Position numbers and translations under genes: made by a program. Positions 17,917 through 27,426 of a DNA stretch of 64,000 nucleotides are shown here, in pieces. The DNA is taken from sequence record PZ171032.1. One strand, written 5' to 3'. The DNA comes from a phage. The notes beneath the pieces were generated by a model, which saw only the letters and a list, made by a program, of their open reading frames with translations, was not told the DNA's origin and did not search any database. How positions within the stretch are numbered: the stretch's first letter is position 1; the number at the start of each line of letters is the position of its first letter.

Positions 17917-19662
17917 TTAACGTTGTGCAATTACTACGTCTACAATATCACCAACACCACAATATGTTAATTGCAGCAGGGTAACACTGTTAGCCTTGTT
18001 GTTAATAACAGGTGTTGCCGACAGGATAGCATACTTATCGTGCAAAGTCACGTTGTGACCTACAGCATCCTGAATGACATAGATAACTGCAGTGAATGGA
18101 TAAGGTTTATCTTCCGCTGATGTCCCAGGCCACTGCCCTATTGTAAAATCCCCTTTAGCGTGGACAACATACATACTGGCCTGCCCGTTAGGTGTCCATG
18201 TCCCACTAGATGCGTCAACCTCCTCTAAGTCAAAGTCTACTTTTCCTGCATGGAAAGAAGGGGCGGTGATAGTTTTACCTGCCTCGATCTCTTGTGAGGT
18301 GGTTATCTTGCCACTAGAGTTGATACCATTACAGACAAAGTTAACATTAGAGAAATCTGGCAACCACCCTGTCACTGTGCCAGAAATCTCAAGGTTATGC
18401 AGGCGTGTTGTTCCTGTGCCGTTGTCATTTAAGCTAACATCACCATTTACCTGCAAGTTTCTGGTAACGTTGCAGTTTTCAGAGTTTGCAGTTGTTGCAG
18501 TTAAAGTGGTTGTTGTCAGCTCGGTAATTATGCCTTTGTTGGCTGTAAGACCTTCCCCTTCAAAAGTTGCACGCTCATTGACTCTCAGGGTATTCAGAGC
18601 TATGTTTTGGATAGAGGCTGTACCTCGAATAACTACAGACCCGCCAACCTCTAAATCGCCATTTACCAATGCATCGCCCGTGCTTTCAATGTAGCTAGGG
18701 TAGATCATGGTGCCATCGACAGAGTAGGTTATCCCTGTAACGGTGCCTGTCACCTCAAGGTTCTTAACCCTAGCGGTCCCATCGACCTGCAATGTCGGTT
18801 CGGTTGCTGCCTTCATGGCATTGCCACGAATGTACACGTAGTCAAAAAAGTTATTACCCAGACCATCAAAATGCACATCGTTATTATTAGCCACTGGTTT
18901 CCCAGAAGTTATAGTGTCAGCTATAATCCTGTGGGTGGACACTTCATGAGGTTGCAGCTCTGTGCTTCTCCAGTCTGCATGCTTAGGATCGCTCCACGCA
19001 AAAGTAAGTGTAGAAGTATTTGCCGTGAGGATCAGGTTCCTGAAGCGTGCATTGGAATCTGCTCCATTAACAGGCCCATGTAAGGTAAGTGTGCCCCCAA
19101 CTATGGTGTTGGCAAGTTCTGTAAGACCTTTTACCACCAAAGACCCTACAGTAACTTTCATCCCCTCCATGGCTTTAAATATACTATCTACATAGTCAAC
19201 AACAAACTCTGTGTTTGCTATAGACTCAGACTTATCGTCCATTGGAGGAGTAGGTACTCGCGGGTCACCTTCGAACCTTGGGCTGTTAAGTTTTGCGTAG
19301 TATTTTGCCATTACTGCAGAGTCGGTGTATAATCTCCAGTTTGGAGATTGTGAAGGATCTGCTGGCATTCTAACCGGGTTAGATTTTGATGCTGCGGGAG
19401 CGTACCACCACTGAGGGCCTGTGTCCCCTTTAAACTCATACAACTGGTTAAAAACTGTTGTGGATGCACCATACGCCCAAGGGATTGGTGGCGTTTTAAA
19501 ATAAAGGGTGTCAAGCATGGCTTTTCGTACCGTAGGGATAGTGGTCCCATCCTCTACGACAACTTCATCCACAGCGTTACCGTTGACAATCAAGTGCAAA
19601 CGTTCAGAATCAACAATTACTTGATCTACCGCCTGCTCGAAGCTTGTCATGTCTTGCGCCAT
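17917..19662 (-). CDS. tail fibre / tailspike-like protein
   Basis: 581 aa; Gly/Thr/Asn-rich beta-structure-like repeats; position in fibre cluster. Confidence 0.5.
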   Translation of the reverse strand: MAQDMTSFEQAVDQVIVDSERLHLIVNGNAVDEVVVEDGTTIPTVRKAMLDTLYFKTPPIPWAYGASTTVFNQLYEFKGDTGPQWWYAPAASKSNPVRMPADPSQSPNWRLYTDSAVMAKYYAKLNSPRFEGDPRVPTPPMDDKSESIANTEFVVDYVDSIFKAMEGMKVTVGSLVVKGLTELANTIVGGTLTLHGPVNGADSNARFRNLILTANTSTLTFAWSDPKHADWRSTELQPHEVSTHRIIADTITSGKPVANNNDVHFDGLGNNFFDYVYIRGNAMKAATEPTLQVDGTARVKNLEVTGTVTGITYSVDGTMIYPSYIESTGDALVNGDLEVGGSVVIRGTASIQNIALNTLRVNERATFEGEGLTANKGIITELTTTTLTATTANSENCNVTRNLQVNGDVSLNDNGTGTTRLHNLEISGTVTGWLPDFSNVNFVCNGINSSGKITTSQEIEAGKTITAPSFHAGKVDFDLEEVDASSGTWTPNGQASMYVVHAKGDFTIGQWPGTSAEDKPYPFTAVIYVIQDAVGHNVTLHDKYAILSATPVINNKANSVTLLQLTYCGVGDIVDVVIAQR

Positions 19663-19671
19663 GATTTCTCC

Positions 19672-19938
19672 TTAAGCTTTTTGCTCTTCGTTTTTAACGT
19701 GGTCAGGGTGCTGGCAACCCCACCGGAGCGAGATGAATTTGCTAATAAGCTGGGGGCAGGCTACTGAAGGTGCATATATCCACGCATACCATTCAGGAAG
19801 CGTATCATTATACCCCATATGAATAAACACCCCAGTCATCACCGCCATGCCTATGTTCGACCATAGCTTAGATTGGGATACTTTCGTAGGGTCATCAGAT
19901 GCCGCAACCAGTCCCCATAAAAACTGAGTTAGTTTCAT
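19672..19938 (-). CDS. small putative membrane protein (holin-like topology)
   Basis: 88 aa; hydrophobic segments NIGMAVMTGVFIHMG and WYAWIYAPSVA; charged C-terminus. Confidence 0.4.
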   Translation of the reverse strand: MKLTQFLWGLVAASDDPTKVSQSKLWSNIGMAVMTGVFIHMGYNDTLPEWYAWIYAPSVACPQLISKFISLRWGCQHPDHVKNEEQKA

Positions 19939-19949
19939 TTACCCTCTTT

Positions 19950-20996
19950 TTAAGCATAAGATATAGTGATCCATTGACCGTTTACAAGTTTTTGGATAGC
20001 ACCTGTCCAGTAATCACCTTGATAAGGGTGTTTATAAGCGTAGTTACCAGAGCACATCACATGTCCAGGGTAGACTCTTGACTCTCTGTAGGTGGTTTTG
20101 AAACGGTTCGCTATCCTTACATCGTCAACCCCTCTACTGGGCATAGGGACAGTAAGGTTACCACTACCGTCTGCGCTGTTACCGTTTACCCTGCGGACCA
20201 CGTTTCTTCCACCAACGGTTGCATATTGGCCTCTAACGGTTTCATCGTTACAATCAACTCTTCCACCTATTTGAGCGCTTCCGCAGGATTGTTGTCCGTT
20301 AACAGTGGCTCTTGGTATCGTGACCGCATTGGCATTTGCAGAGGAACTTTTTGCATCGTTGCATTCAAGATTTCCTTGGATAGCCAGTCTTGCACGGTTG
20401 GCAGTTATAGCATTGAGCTTCATAGCCGAAAACACAGTCTGCCCACCAGAAGGTTGAAATCTCCAACGGAACCCGTCTATTTGGTGAGAAGGATCATCAA
20501 GGTCTGTGCCGTCAGCACCACCGATGTTGTCCATAATCCAGAAGTCCATCGTCGTCTTGTCTGGAGTTATGGTGGTATATATTGCCGCATTGTCTGTTGA
20601 CGCAGATGCAAACTCGATTCTTTGAAGGCCTAAAGTTTGAGTCTGAGTCATTATGTCTCCAGACTTGTCAACATACAGATCGTCCATTTCTTCAGGCGAG
20701 TATACATTGAGAACTTGACGTGCAGCAGCTTTGTCTGGAACGTCTGCTAGATTATTAGTGACCCTTAAGAATCTATTATCCCATCCTGGGACAACATCTT
20801 CTGTTAAATGCTTTAACCACGCAGAAAGCATGTGAAGTTCAAAGTTAACAACTTCACATGCCACTCTTTGTGTCATATCCCAACCTTTCAATCTCTCTTC
20901 TTTTTTTGGTTGAGACTTATTCAACTCTCCCGTATTTTCAAGCACAACATCCTGATTGGCCCAAATATCAAGAGGGATAACTGGTTTAGTCATCAC
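19950..20996 (-). CDS. tail fibre protein (Stf-like), paralog 2
   Basis: 348 aa; N-terminus PLDIWANQDVVLENT and C-terminus LVNGQWITISYA near-identical to those of gene 22008..23048; centre diverged. Confidence 0.6.
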   Translation of the reverse strand: MMTKPVIPLDIWANQDVVLENTGELNKSQPKKEERLKGWDMTQRVACEVVNFELHMLSAWLKHLTEDVVPGWDNRFLRVTNNLADVPDKAAARQVLNVYSPEEMDDLYVDKSGDIMTQTQTLGLQRIEFASASTDNAAIYTTITPDKTTMDFWIMDNIGGADGTDLDDPSHQIDGFRWRFQPSGGQTVFSAMKLNAITANRARLAIQGNLECNDAKSSSANANAVTIPRATVNGQQSCGSAQIGGRVDCNDETVRGQYATVGGRNVVRRVNGNSADGSGNLTVPMPSRGVDDVRIANRFKTTYRESRVYPGHVMCSGNYAYKHPYQGDYWTGAIQKLVNGQWITISYA

Positions 20997-21052
20997 GTTC
21001 TCCTGAGAAAATTCCTTAGGACTATTTTAACACTTTAGGGAACAAAATGCAA

Positions 21053-21072
21053 GAACGGAGTCCTTTCCGTTC
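21053..21072 (-). terminator. terminator-like hairpin (GAACGGA-loop-TCCGTTC + U-rich)
   Basis: 7-bp stem directly downstream of stop of 21083..21397. Confidence 0.4.
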
Positions 21073-21082
21073 TGACCTTTGT

Positions 21083-21397
21083 TTACCTTTTACTATGCTC
21101 TACGAGCATGTGCAAAATCTTTTGTACATCGGCTCTGATGCCGGAGACATCTGTCCTGACATCCTGCTTAAGGTCGTTAATATCGGCCTCTAGCTTGCTT
21201 AACCGGGTCTCTATAACGGAATCAAGTTTATCTTTTGTAACCATACTGTTTTTCACTAAGATGAGGTCTTTCTCCAGCTCATCCAACCTCTTGGAAATGC
21301 CTTTCCATTTGGTGTGCCACTGGTTGAAAGCCCATACACAGATCGGGACAACGGTACCCATGCAGATACCGTACAATGCCGCCAAATCCAACTCCAC
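21083..21397 (-). CDS. membrane-anchored coiled-coil protein
   Basis: 104 aa; N-terminal hydrophobic helix ALYGICMGTVVPICVWAF then heptad-like charged region. Confidence 0.45.
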   Translation of the reverse strand: MELDLAALYGICMGTVVPICVWAFNQWHTKWKGISKRLDELEKDLILVKNSMVTKDKLDSVIETRLSKLEADINDLKQDVRTDVSGIRADVQKILHMLVEHSKR

Positions 21398-21408
21398 AAC
21401 ACCTCCTC

Positions 21409-21993
21409 TTAGAGGGTAGGTCGCTCCGGGAAGAAAATGTCAGGGGCTTTAGATGTATCTATTTCAAGAAGTTTTACCCTGTACATTTTCAAATCTCTGA
21501 TGTTACGTTTCTGGTCATCAGTAAGATCATATTCAAGGTCAATCATGTCTTGATAGGCACCAATTCTAGCAGTAGCCCAAGCAAGTTCTGTCTCTATGAC
21601 ACCCTCTGCCTGTTGAACAAAGAATTCATTATCTGTGACAAATTCATCACCAACTAAACGCAAAGCGTCGTGGTGAAGCATAATGTTTTCTGGTACCTCT
21701 TCTTTTTTGGCGATAACCACACGAAGACCTGGAGCAGGCCATAAGGCATCAGGTTCTTCTGTAGATGTCTTAAGAATTCCCTTCTCGTCAACAAGTAGGA
21801 AGATACAACCCGGATTTTCTTGTCGCAATGTTCGTGACTGCACATACCAATCGCCATCATCATTACGTAAAAAATACCCAGTGTATGCGGTGTAATCCTC
21901 AACCTCTTGAGGGGTCAGCTCCTTGGTTTCCTTGTTGGCGTGGTATTCGCCAGATCCCGGTTGGTAAAGTTTAAACTCTTTAAGTATTTTCAT
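21409..21993 (-). CDS. tail fibre assembly protein (Tfa-like chaperone)
   Basis: 194 aa; C-terminal motif ELAWATARIGAYQDMIDLEYDLTDDQKRNIRDLKMYRVKLLEIDTSKAPDIFFPERP resembles the conserved Tfa/gpG C-terminus; directly downstream of a fibre gene. Confidence 0.65.
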   Translation of the reverse strand: MKILKEFKLYQPGSGEYHANKETKELTPQEVEDYTAYTGYFLRNDDGDWYVQSRTLRQENPGCIFLLVDEKGILKTSTEEPDALWPAPGLRVVIAKKEEVPENIMLHHDALRLVGDEFVTDNEFFVQQAEGVIETELAWATARIGAYQDMIDLEYDLTDDQKRNIRDLKMYRVKLLEIDTSKAPDIFFPERPTL

Positions 21994-22007
21994 GCTAGTC
22001 CTCCGAT

Positions 22008-23048
22008 CTATGCATAATTAACAGTGATCCATTGACCATTTACAAGTTTTTGTAAAGGTCCTGCCCAGTAAGTTGAACCACGCATCTCTTTTTTGTCACC
22101 GAAATGCCAGCCTGTGACAACGTAGCCGTTGCGGATTGGAGATTCAGAAACGCCGTCCACAAGTCTTGCACCGATTCTGATGTCTTGCACACCCGTCTGC
22201 GGGATAGTGATCGTTACATCACCGTTACCGTTAGCCGTCACTCCGTTCACAGAGCGAACCACATTTCTGTTACCTACAACACAGTGCTGGCTTCTTACAA
22301 CCATACTGTCACAACTTGCACCACCATTAACATATACTGACCCAGCCGTCAACTGACTAGCCACATTACAGTTGGTGAATGTTGCGGTATTGCTGATAGT
22401 AAGGTTATTGCACCTCATGTTATCGACAACTTCAACATTGCCTACCACTTTCAACAGCGCACGGTTAGCCGTGATCGCGTTAAGGTACATCAAAGTGAAC
22501 TCTGGATTAATATCCGGCTGAGTTGGCTGGAATCTCCAACGAAACGCATCTATTGTAGATGTGCCACCATCATCAAACGACCCAAAATTATCACTTAACC
22601 CAAAGTCGAGAGTTGTCTTATCTGGGCCAATAGTTGTCTCTATCCAAGCCTTATCTGTCTCGGCAGCTTTAAAGTTGATACGTTGCAAACCCAATGGGCC
22701 TGTCATTGTATCACCTGTAACTTTTACATACCTAGCGTCTGCCTCTTCCTTAGTAATAATCCCAAGGTTTCTACGGGCAACAGGAATGTTCAAAAGATCA
22801 CTCAAGTTATTATCACGTACCAGATAACGGCCTTCTTGAGCGGGGATCTGCTCGTCAGCAATGTATTTTGCCCAAGTCCCGAGCATATTGAAAATATAGT
22901 TAAGCTCTTCGCATGAGGGCTTTTGACCAAGATCCCAACCTTTTCTCCACAAATCATCAATCGGGCGTAGCCTGTTCTGTCTGTGGGTGTTAGGCAGAAC
23001 CTGATCCTCCTCTGCCCAAATCTCTAATGGAAAACTAGGTTTTGACAT
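22008..23048 (-). CDS. tail fibre protein (Stf-like), paralog 1
   Basis: 346 aa; conserved termini shared with 19950..20996; followed by Tfa-like gene. Confidence 0.6.
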   Translation of the reverse strand: MSKPSFPLEIWAEEDQVLPNTHRQNRLRPIDDLWRKGWDLGQKPSCEELNYIFNMLGTWAKYIADEQIPAQEGRYLVRDNNLSDLLNIPVARRNLGIITKEEADARYVKVTGDTMTGPLGLQRINFKAAETDKAWIETTIGPDKTTLDFGLSDNFGSFDDGGTSTIDAFRWRFQPTQPDINPEFTLMYLNAITANRALLKVVGNVEVVDNMRCNNLTISNTATFTNCNVASQLTAGSVYVNGGASCDSMVVRSQHCVVGNRNVVRSVNGVTANGNGDVTITIPQTGVQDIRIGARLVDGVSESPIRNGYVVTGWHFGDKKEMRGSTYWAGPLQKLVNGQWITVNYA

Positions 23049-23060
23049 TTTATCTCCTGA

Positions 23061-25133
23061 TTATGAGAAGTCTGGCGGGACAACATCTTCTACATACCCT
23101 TTCAGAGCAACCTGCCCCATATGAAGCACGGTAGAATCTCTAGCGGTAACAGTGATGCTGTCAGACATTACTTGCGGGTATGCCCACACATACTGTTTTA
23201 CCTCAGGGTATCTATACTCTATAGTTGCCATGTTTCCGCAAATACATCTCCATAAAAATTCTTGGTAATTCCTAGTTGGGTCGTAGCCATATACCGGAGC
23301 AAGCTCTTTACTAGGAACGAACCCTGCAAGGTATTGTATTTCAGACGGTTGCCAACCTAACTTAACGATAGGTATGTTTACAGACTCTTTTGCCTTTTCA
23401 ATACCTCCCTGCATCACCCAATCGTAGCACTCAGTGCAGAAGAAATCAAGAGCACCTGCTTCCTTTTTATATTGGTCAGCAAGGTTCAGCTTTTGCGTAA
23501 GCTCGGTTTCCATAATGGTTGGGAAAAACAGCAAAGCTGTCATCTGAGCTGATGCAGCGTGTGCTTTTATTGCCTTTGAAATAGCCGCAATACGAGCGCC
23601 AAGCTTACCACGACAAAATGCTACATACTTGTCGTAAACACCGCCAGTTTTAGGATCGTCAATAGTCCCAATATCTAATGCATACTCGCCTGTCTCATCA
23701 TAAAACGCCTGTTTTGTAGGGTAATCATAAATACAAGGTCTACGAGTATCGGTATTGTACCACCACCACGGTTCACCAACCTGCATAATCACTGGCAGGT
23801 TGTTTCTCATAGCGGCTGATGCAAAATTCTTAAATACTGCAGTAAGGAAATTCATACCCTCTTCAATGGTTGGAGACAGGAGGTAGCTACAAGGTGTATA
23901 CCCTGTTTTAGCGTAGTTATCGTTCCAGTCTCTTTGGGTCCATTCCAACGGGCAGGCGTCGCTGAAAAGCTCAAAACTTACAGATTGCATAACGTCGAAG
24001 TTATGTCGTTTGGCATTGTACATAAAATCATCATGCCATTTATAAGCTGCAGCGTTTAGCGCTCCTGTTCTGTTTATAGACCATTGGGTTCCTGACCATG
24101 TGTAGTCATAATAATGACTCATACCAACATAATGGTTTATGGTTCCGGTATAGCCCAGACGCTTGATATTGTTCAACACCCTTAAAGGAGACACGTTCCA
24201 CATATCGTCATATGCGGTGCAGATCCCAACATCGTGCTCTTTAACCTGAATATTGTTAAGTTGCATCATTTTCCAGCCTGTGTCTGGCTGGAGCAGATCT
24301 AGGCGCAACTCACACTCTACATTTTCCGTTCTCGGGTCTGTGCTATTACTTACCCAGTCTTTAGGCATGAGCGGTATTAAAATCCTTCTCACCTGCCGAG
24401 GATCAACACCCATCATGTTGTTGTTCTGGTCCATCCCGACGCAGTCCTCAAAATCAATATGAATTTCTGCAACATTCTTATCCTCTGAGATGCTGACAGC
24501 ATATTGAGCTAAAGGAACATAGATGATTGTGCCATCAACAAGGTCTACAGTCATAATCATCTTTTCAGGAGTGGAGAAGTTGCTGGCGTTGGTTATTGAC
24601 ATTCTGAACCAAAGCTTGGTGTTTCTCATCTCATAGTGATCATCAAACCCAATACCGAAATGGTCATACTTGTCAACTGTTTCCCAAATGCACCCAGCCA
24701 TACCCCCATATGTTCTTGACACTAAACGGTTAATACAACAGTTGTTATCTGCAACAATACAGGTACTTTCAGTCTGCTGAGTAGTTGTAACCCAATACCT
24801 TGGGTGAAACATTCTCTCCTCAACAGTATCCCAAGATATCCTGTCAAGATTCTCATCTGAAACTATTGTACATTTCGCCCTTTGTGTTCCAATCATCACC
24901 CCTTGAGATTTTGATGAAAACTCCATAAAGAAGCTTCTTGGCAACCTGTTGGGTAATTTGTCAACAATTTCCACAGGGATCTCAATACTGGTTGCCCCAA
25001 TTGGGATAGTTACATCGCCCTCAACATGATTATAATCCCTACCAGGAACGGCAGTATCCTGAACTGTTCGGTAATGAAACTGTGCAGCCATTGTAGAGTA
25101 ATCACGGTAAGGTTTAAAAACAGCTGTTGCCAT
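23061..25133 (-). CDS. tail-associated protein with N-terminal Calx-beta-like motif (possible enzymatic fibre)
   Basis: 690 aa; N-terminal VPGRDYNHVEGDVTIPIGATSIEIPVEIVDK resembles Calx-beta; Trp/Tyr-rich remainder suggests carbohydrate-active fold (speculative). Confidence 0.4.
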   Translation of the reverse strand: MATAVFKPYRDYSTMAAQFHYRTVQDTAVPGRDYNHVEGDVTIPIGATSIEIPVEIVDKLPNRLPRSFFMEFSSKSQGVMIGTQRAKCTIVSDENLDRISWDTVEERMFHPRYWVTTTQQTESTCIVADNNCCINRLVSRTYGGMAGCIWETVDKYDHFGIGFDDHYEMRNTKLWFRMSITNASNFSTPEKMIMTVDLVDGTIIYVPLAQYAVSISEDKNVAEIHIDFEDCVGMDQNNNMMGVDPRQVRRILIPLMPKDWVSNSTDPRTENVECELRLDLLQPDTGWKMMQLNNIQVKEHDVGICTAYDDMWNVSPLRVLNNIKRLGYTGTINHYVGMSHYYDYTWSGTQWSINRTGALNAAAYKWHDDFMYNAKRHNFDVMQSVSFELFSDACPLEWTQRDWNDNYAKTGYTPCSYLLSPTIEEGMNFLTAVFKNFASAAMRNNLPVIMQVGEPWWWYNTDTRRPCIYDYPTKQAFYDETGEYALDIGTIDDPKTGGVYDKYVAFCRGKLGARIAAISKAIKAHAASAQMTALLFFPTIMETELTQKLNLADQYKKEAGALDFFCTECYDWVMQGGIEKAKESVNIPIVKLGWQPSEIQYLAGFVPSKELAPVYGYDPTRNYQEFLWRCICGNMATIEYRYPEVKQYVWAYPQVMSDSITVTARDSTVLHMGQVALKGYVEDVVPPDFS

Positions 25134-25819
25134 TAACCCTCCTGTCTAGTTGCGTTTACTGTAATACTTTCACAATAAATGGTTGTGGTGTCCCAATCAG
25201 GTCTTACGTCAGGAACATATAGCAAAGTAGCCAGCCCACCAACTCCGAATTGGTTTTCTTCCCACACTGATCCGAAGCCAAGAGCTGTGGAGTCCCCTTC
25301 AAAACCAAAAGCTTGCCCTTGCGATTCTGTAAGACGCAAATGACAAGGCAATGGTAGCATATCTAAGATCTGGTCGATAGACTGCAGTATGTCAAAGCAG
25401 GTTTTTCTAATGTTTATGTCAAACCTGAAGTTGTCTCCTTTCCACGTATCGAAATTGTCTCTTCCGAACAATTGTCGCAAGGTAGAGATGACATCTTCGC
25501 GAGTCCCGCCCCTTGATGCTGCGGCCTGCTGAATAATTAGTGTGGCACGAAAATCAGCATCTGAAAGTCCATTTCTAAGAATACCAAGTTGATTACCAAC
25601 TTCGTCAAGGTATCTTCCGCTGGCATTGTTAAGCAATCTTCCTTCAGCCAAACCTACCAGCATCTTATCAACATCCTCCAACCTTTTAAGGTACACGGTT
25701 AAGAATGTGACTAAATTAACCTTCTCAGCCAGAAAATCTCCAGGCAGGTAGTCAAGACCTCCCTGAACAAAATCTGGCAGAGTGTGGATGTGGTTAACAT
25801 CCGACTTAATCTCTGCCAT
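25133..25819 (-). CDS. tail/baseplate structural protein (putative)
   Basis: 228 aa; coupled (start/stop overlap) to flanking structural genes. Confidence 0.4.
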   Translation of the reverse strand: MAEIKSDVNHIHTLPDFVQGGLDYLPGDFLAEKVNLVTFLTVYLKRLEDVDKMLVGLAEGRLLNNASGRYLDEVGNQLGILRNGLSDADFRATLIIQQAAASRGGTREDVISTLRQLFGRDNFDTWKGDNFRFDINIRKTCFDILQSIDQILDMLPLPCHLRLTESQGQAFGFEGDSTALGFGSVWEENQFGVGGLATLLYVPDVRPDWDTTTIYCESITVNATRQEG

Positions 25820-25830
25820 ATCTCGCCGCC

Positions 25831-27321
25831 TTAAATAGTTTGTTGGAAAGTTATATTACTTTCGTCGAGGTCAAACACCTCGGTCATGTTCGCAACAATA
25901 TCGTTTGTAGTGTAAGCTTCATCAGAAGCTCCTACTGGTTTAACTTGAATTACCAGTCTATTAAATCTGCCTATTGACACAGCAGCAGATGCAGCACCGA
26001 CCAATTGGATATTATACAACGTATCTGCAACATCCAGTCCGTTAACAACCTGCAAAAGAGCCTCTACAATGGCATCTTTTTCGGTTGTGGAAAGCGCAGC
26101 ACCGGAGTAGGTAATTCTTACATCCAGTCGGTAGGTATTTGCCTTGGAATAATAAATTCTTTCAGTTTGACCGTCAGATGTAGTGACATCGTAGAAAATA
26201 TTACCATAAGTCCTGTTCGTACAGGCGATAGTTTGGTAAAGCGCTTGGCAAATGTCCTCCGTTGCACCACCAAACACAACCACTTGGAACTTGTAAGGAG
26301 GTATACCTTTAGCATCAGTTTTATCGGTGTTGTTGGAGAACACTCTCACTTTCTCAACACCTTTCACCTCGCTTACAGCGCTAAGGATTGCAGGACGAGT
26401 GGCCTTAGATGTTAACTGTTTTGTGCTGGAAGCTCTTAAGCGATACTCGGAGTCTTTCTCAACATCCCTGCCCTCATTGAATCTTTCTCGGTTGGTAAGT
26501 TTGATAAATCCACTGGGCGTAGGCGACATTGTTGTTACGGTTTCTGCCTCTCTTGACAGCTCACCAGCCTCGTTGGCGATAACATCCAGGGTGATAGTTC
26601 TTTCCCCTACAATCGGGGATACTCTGAAATCTACTCTACTATTAAGTCCAACTTGATCAAGATTCGAATTGTACCCTATCCACAACGTCCCTGTCAACAT
26701 ATCGATCTGAATCAAATCGTCGTTCAACAGGGTTGTATTATCGACAATGAATTGCTTAATCTCTCCGTAAAAGCTTGGCAAATCAGAAGAGTCCAGAGAC
26801 TTATCTGTTAAAACCAGGCTTTTTGTTTTGATACTTCCATCTGTCTGGTTGGTAATTTGGAAGTTGTATTTCCCAATCCTTAGGTCTGGAGCATTTATTC
26901 TGTGAGCAATAAGATTCCCTGCTACTTGCACATCGTTGCTAAGAACAAAGTTGCCACTGTCCAGCGTATAAGTTTTGGAATCATAAATCATATTGTACGG
27001 CACAGTTGTGTTGATTGTCAACTGGCAGGTACCTGATGATTTAGAACGGCCTCTTCGGTAAATACCCTGTCTTCCAAGAAGCTCATCTAGGTAAATACCT
27101 TCTGCCCCATACAGCGTCTGTGATGCGTATACAGATGCTGCCATAAGAATAAGTTGATACTCTCTCTCGTTGAAGATAGTGGTCAGCTTATCTGCAACGG
27201 AGTTACTCTGTACGTTGAAGTTTTCGCCAAAAGCACGGATCAGGCTTTGCTTAGTTTCAACGATTAGGTCATTTAGGGTTGGTATAACGAAACCAGCCTC
27301 TGTCAATCCATACTTAGCCAC
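25831..27321 (-). CDS. tail/baseplate structural protein (possible baseplate wedge J/gp6-like)
   Basis: 496 aa; position after central fibre gene; assignment by context only. Confidence 0.35.
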   Translation of the reverse strand: MAKYGLTEAGFVIPTLNDLIVETKQSLIRAFGENFNVQSNSVADKLTTIFNEREYQLILMAASVYASQTLYGAEGIYLDELLGRQGIYRRGRSKSSGTCQLTINTTVPYNMIYDSKTYTLDSGNFVLSNDVQVAGNLIAHRINAPDLRIGKYNFQITNQTDGSIKTKSLVLTDKSLDSSDLPSFYGEIKQFIVDNTTLLNDDLIQIDMLTGTLWIGYNSNLDQVGLNSRVDFRVSPIVGERTITLDVIANEAGELSREAETVTTMSPTPSGFIKLTNRERFNEGRDVEKDSEYRLRASSTKQLTSKATRPAILSAVSEVKGVEKVRVFSNNTDKTDAKGIPPYKFQVVVFGGATEDICQALYQTIACTNRTYGNIFYDVTTSDGQTERIYYSKANTYRLDVRITYSGAALSTTEKDAIVEALLQVVNGLDVADTLYNIQLVGAASAAVSIGRFNRLVIQVKPVGASDEAYTTNDIVANMTEVFDLDESNITFQQTI

Positions 27322-27390
27322 GTCACTCCTCCGGTATGAAAATCTCTACAAGGTATTTTACCAAATTTTGTAACAATAGTCAATCTGAGC

Positions 27391-27417
27391 ATAAAAATAA
27401 ACCCCGCCGAAGCGGGG
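27391..27417 (-). terminator. rho-independent terminator (CCCCGC-CGAA-GCGGGG + U-run)
   Basis: Same hairpin sequence as at 968-983; UUUAUUUUUAU follows on minus strand directly downstream of the J-like gene stop. Confidence 0.6.
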
Positions 27418-27426
27418 CTTTAAAGG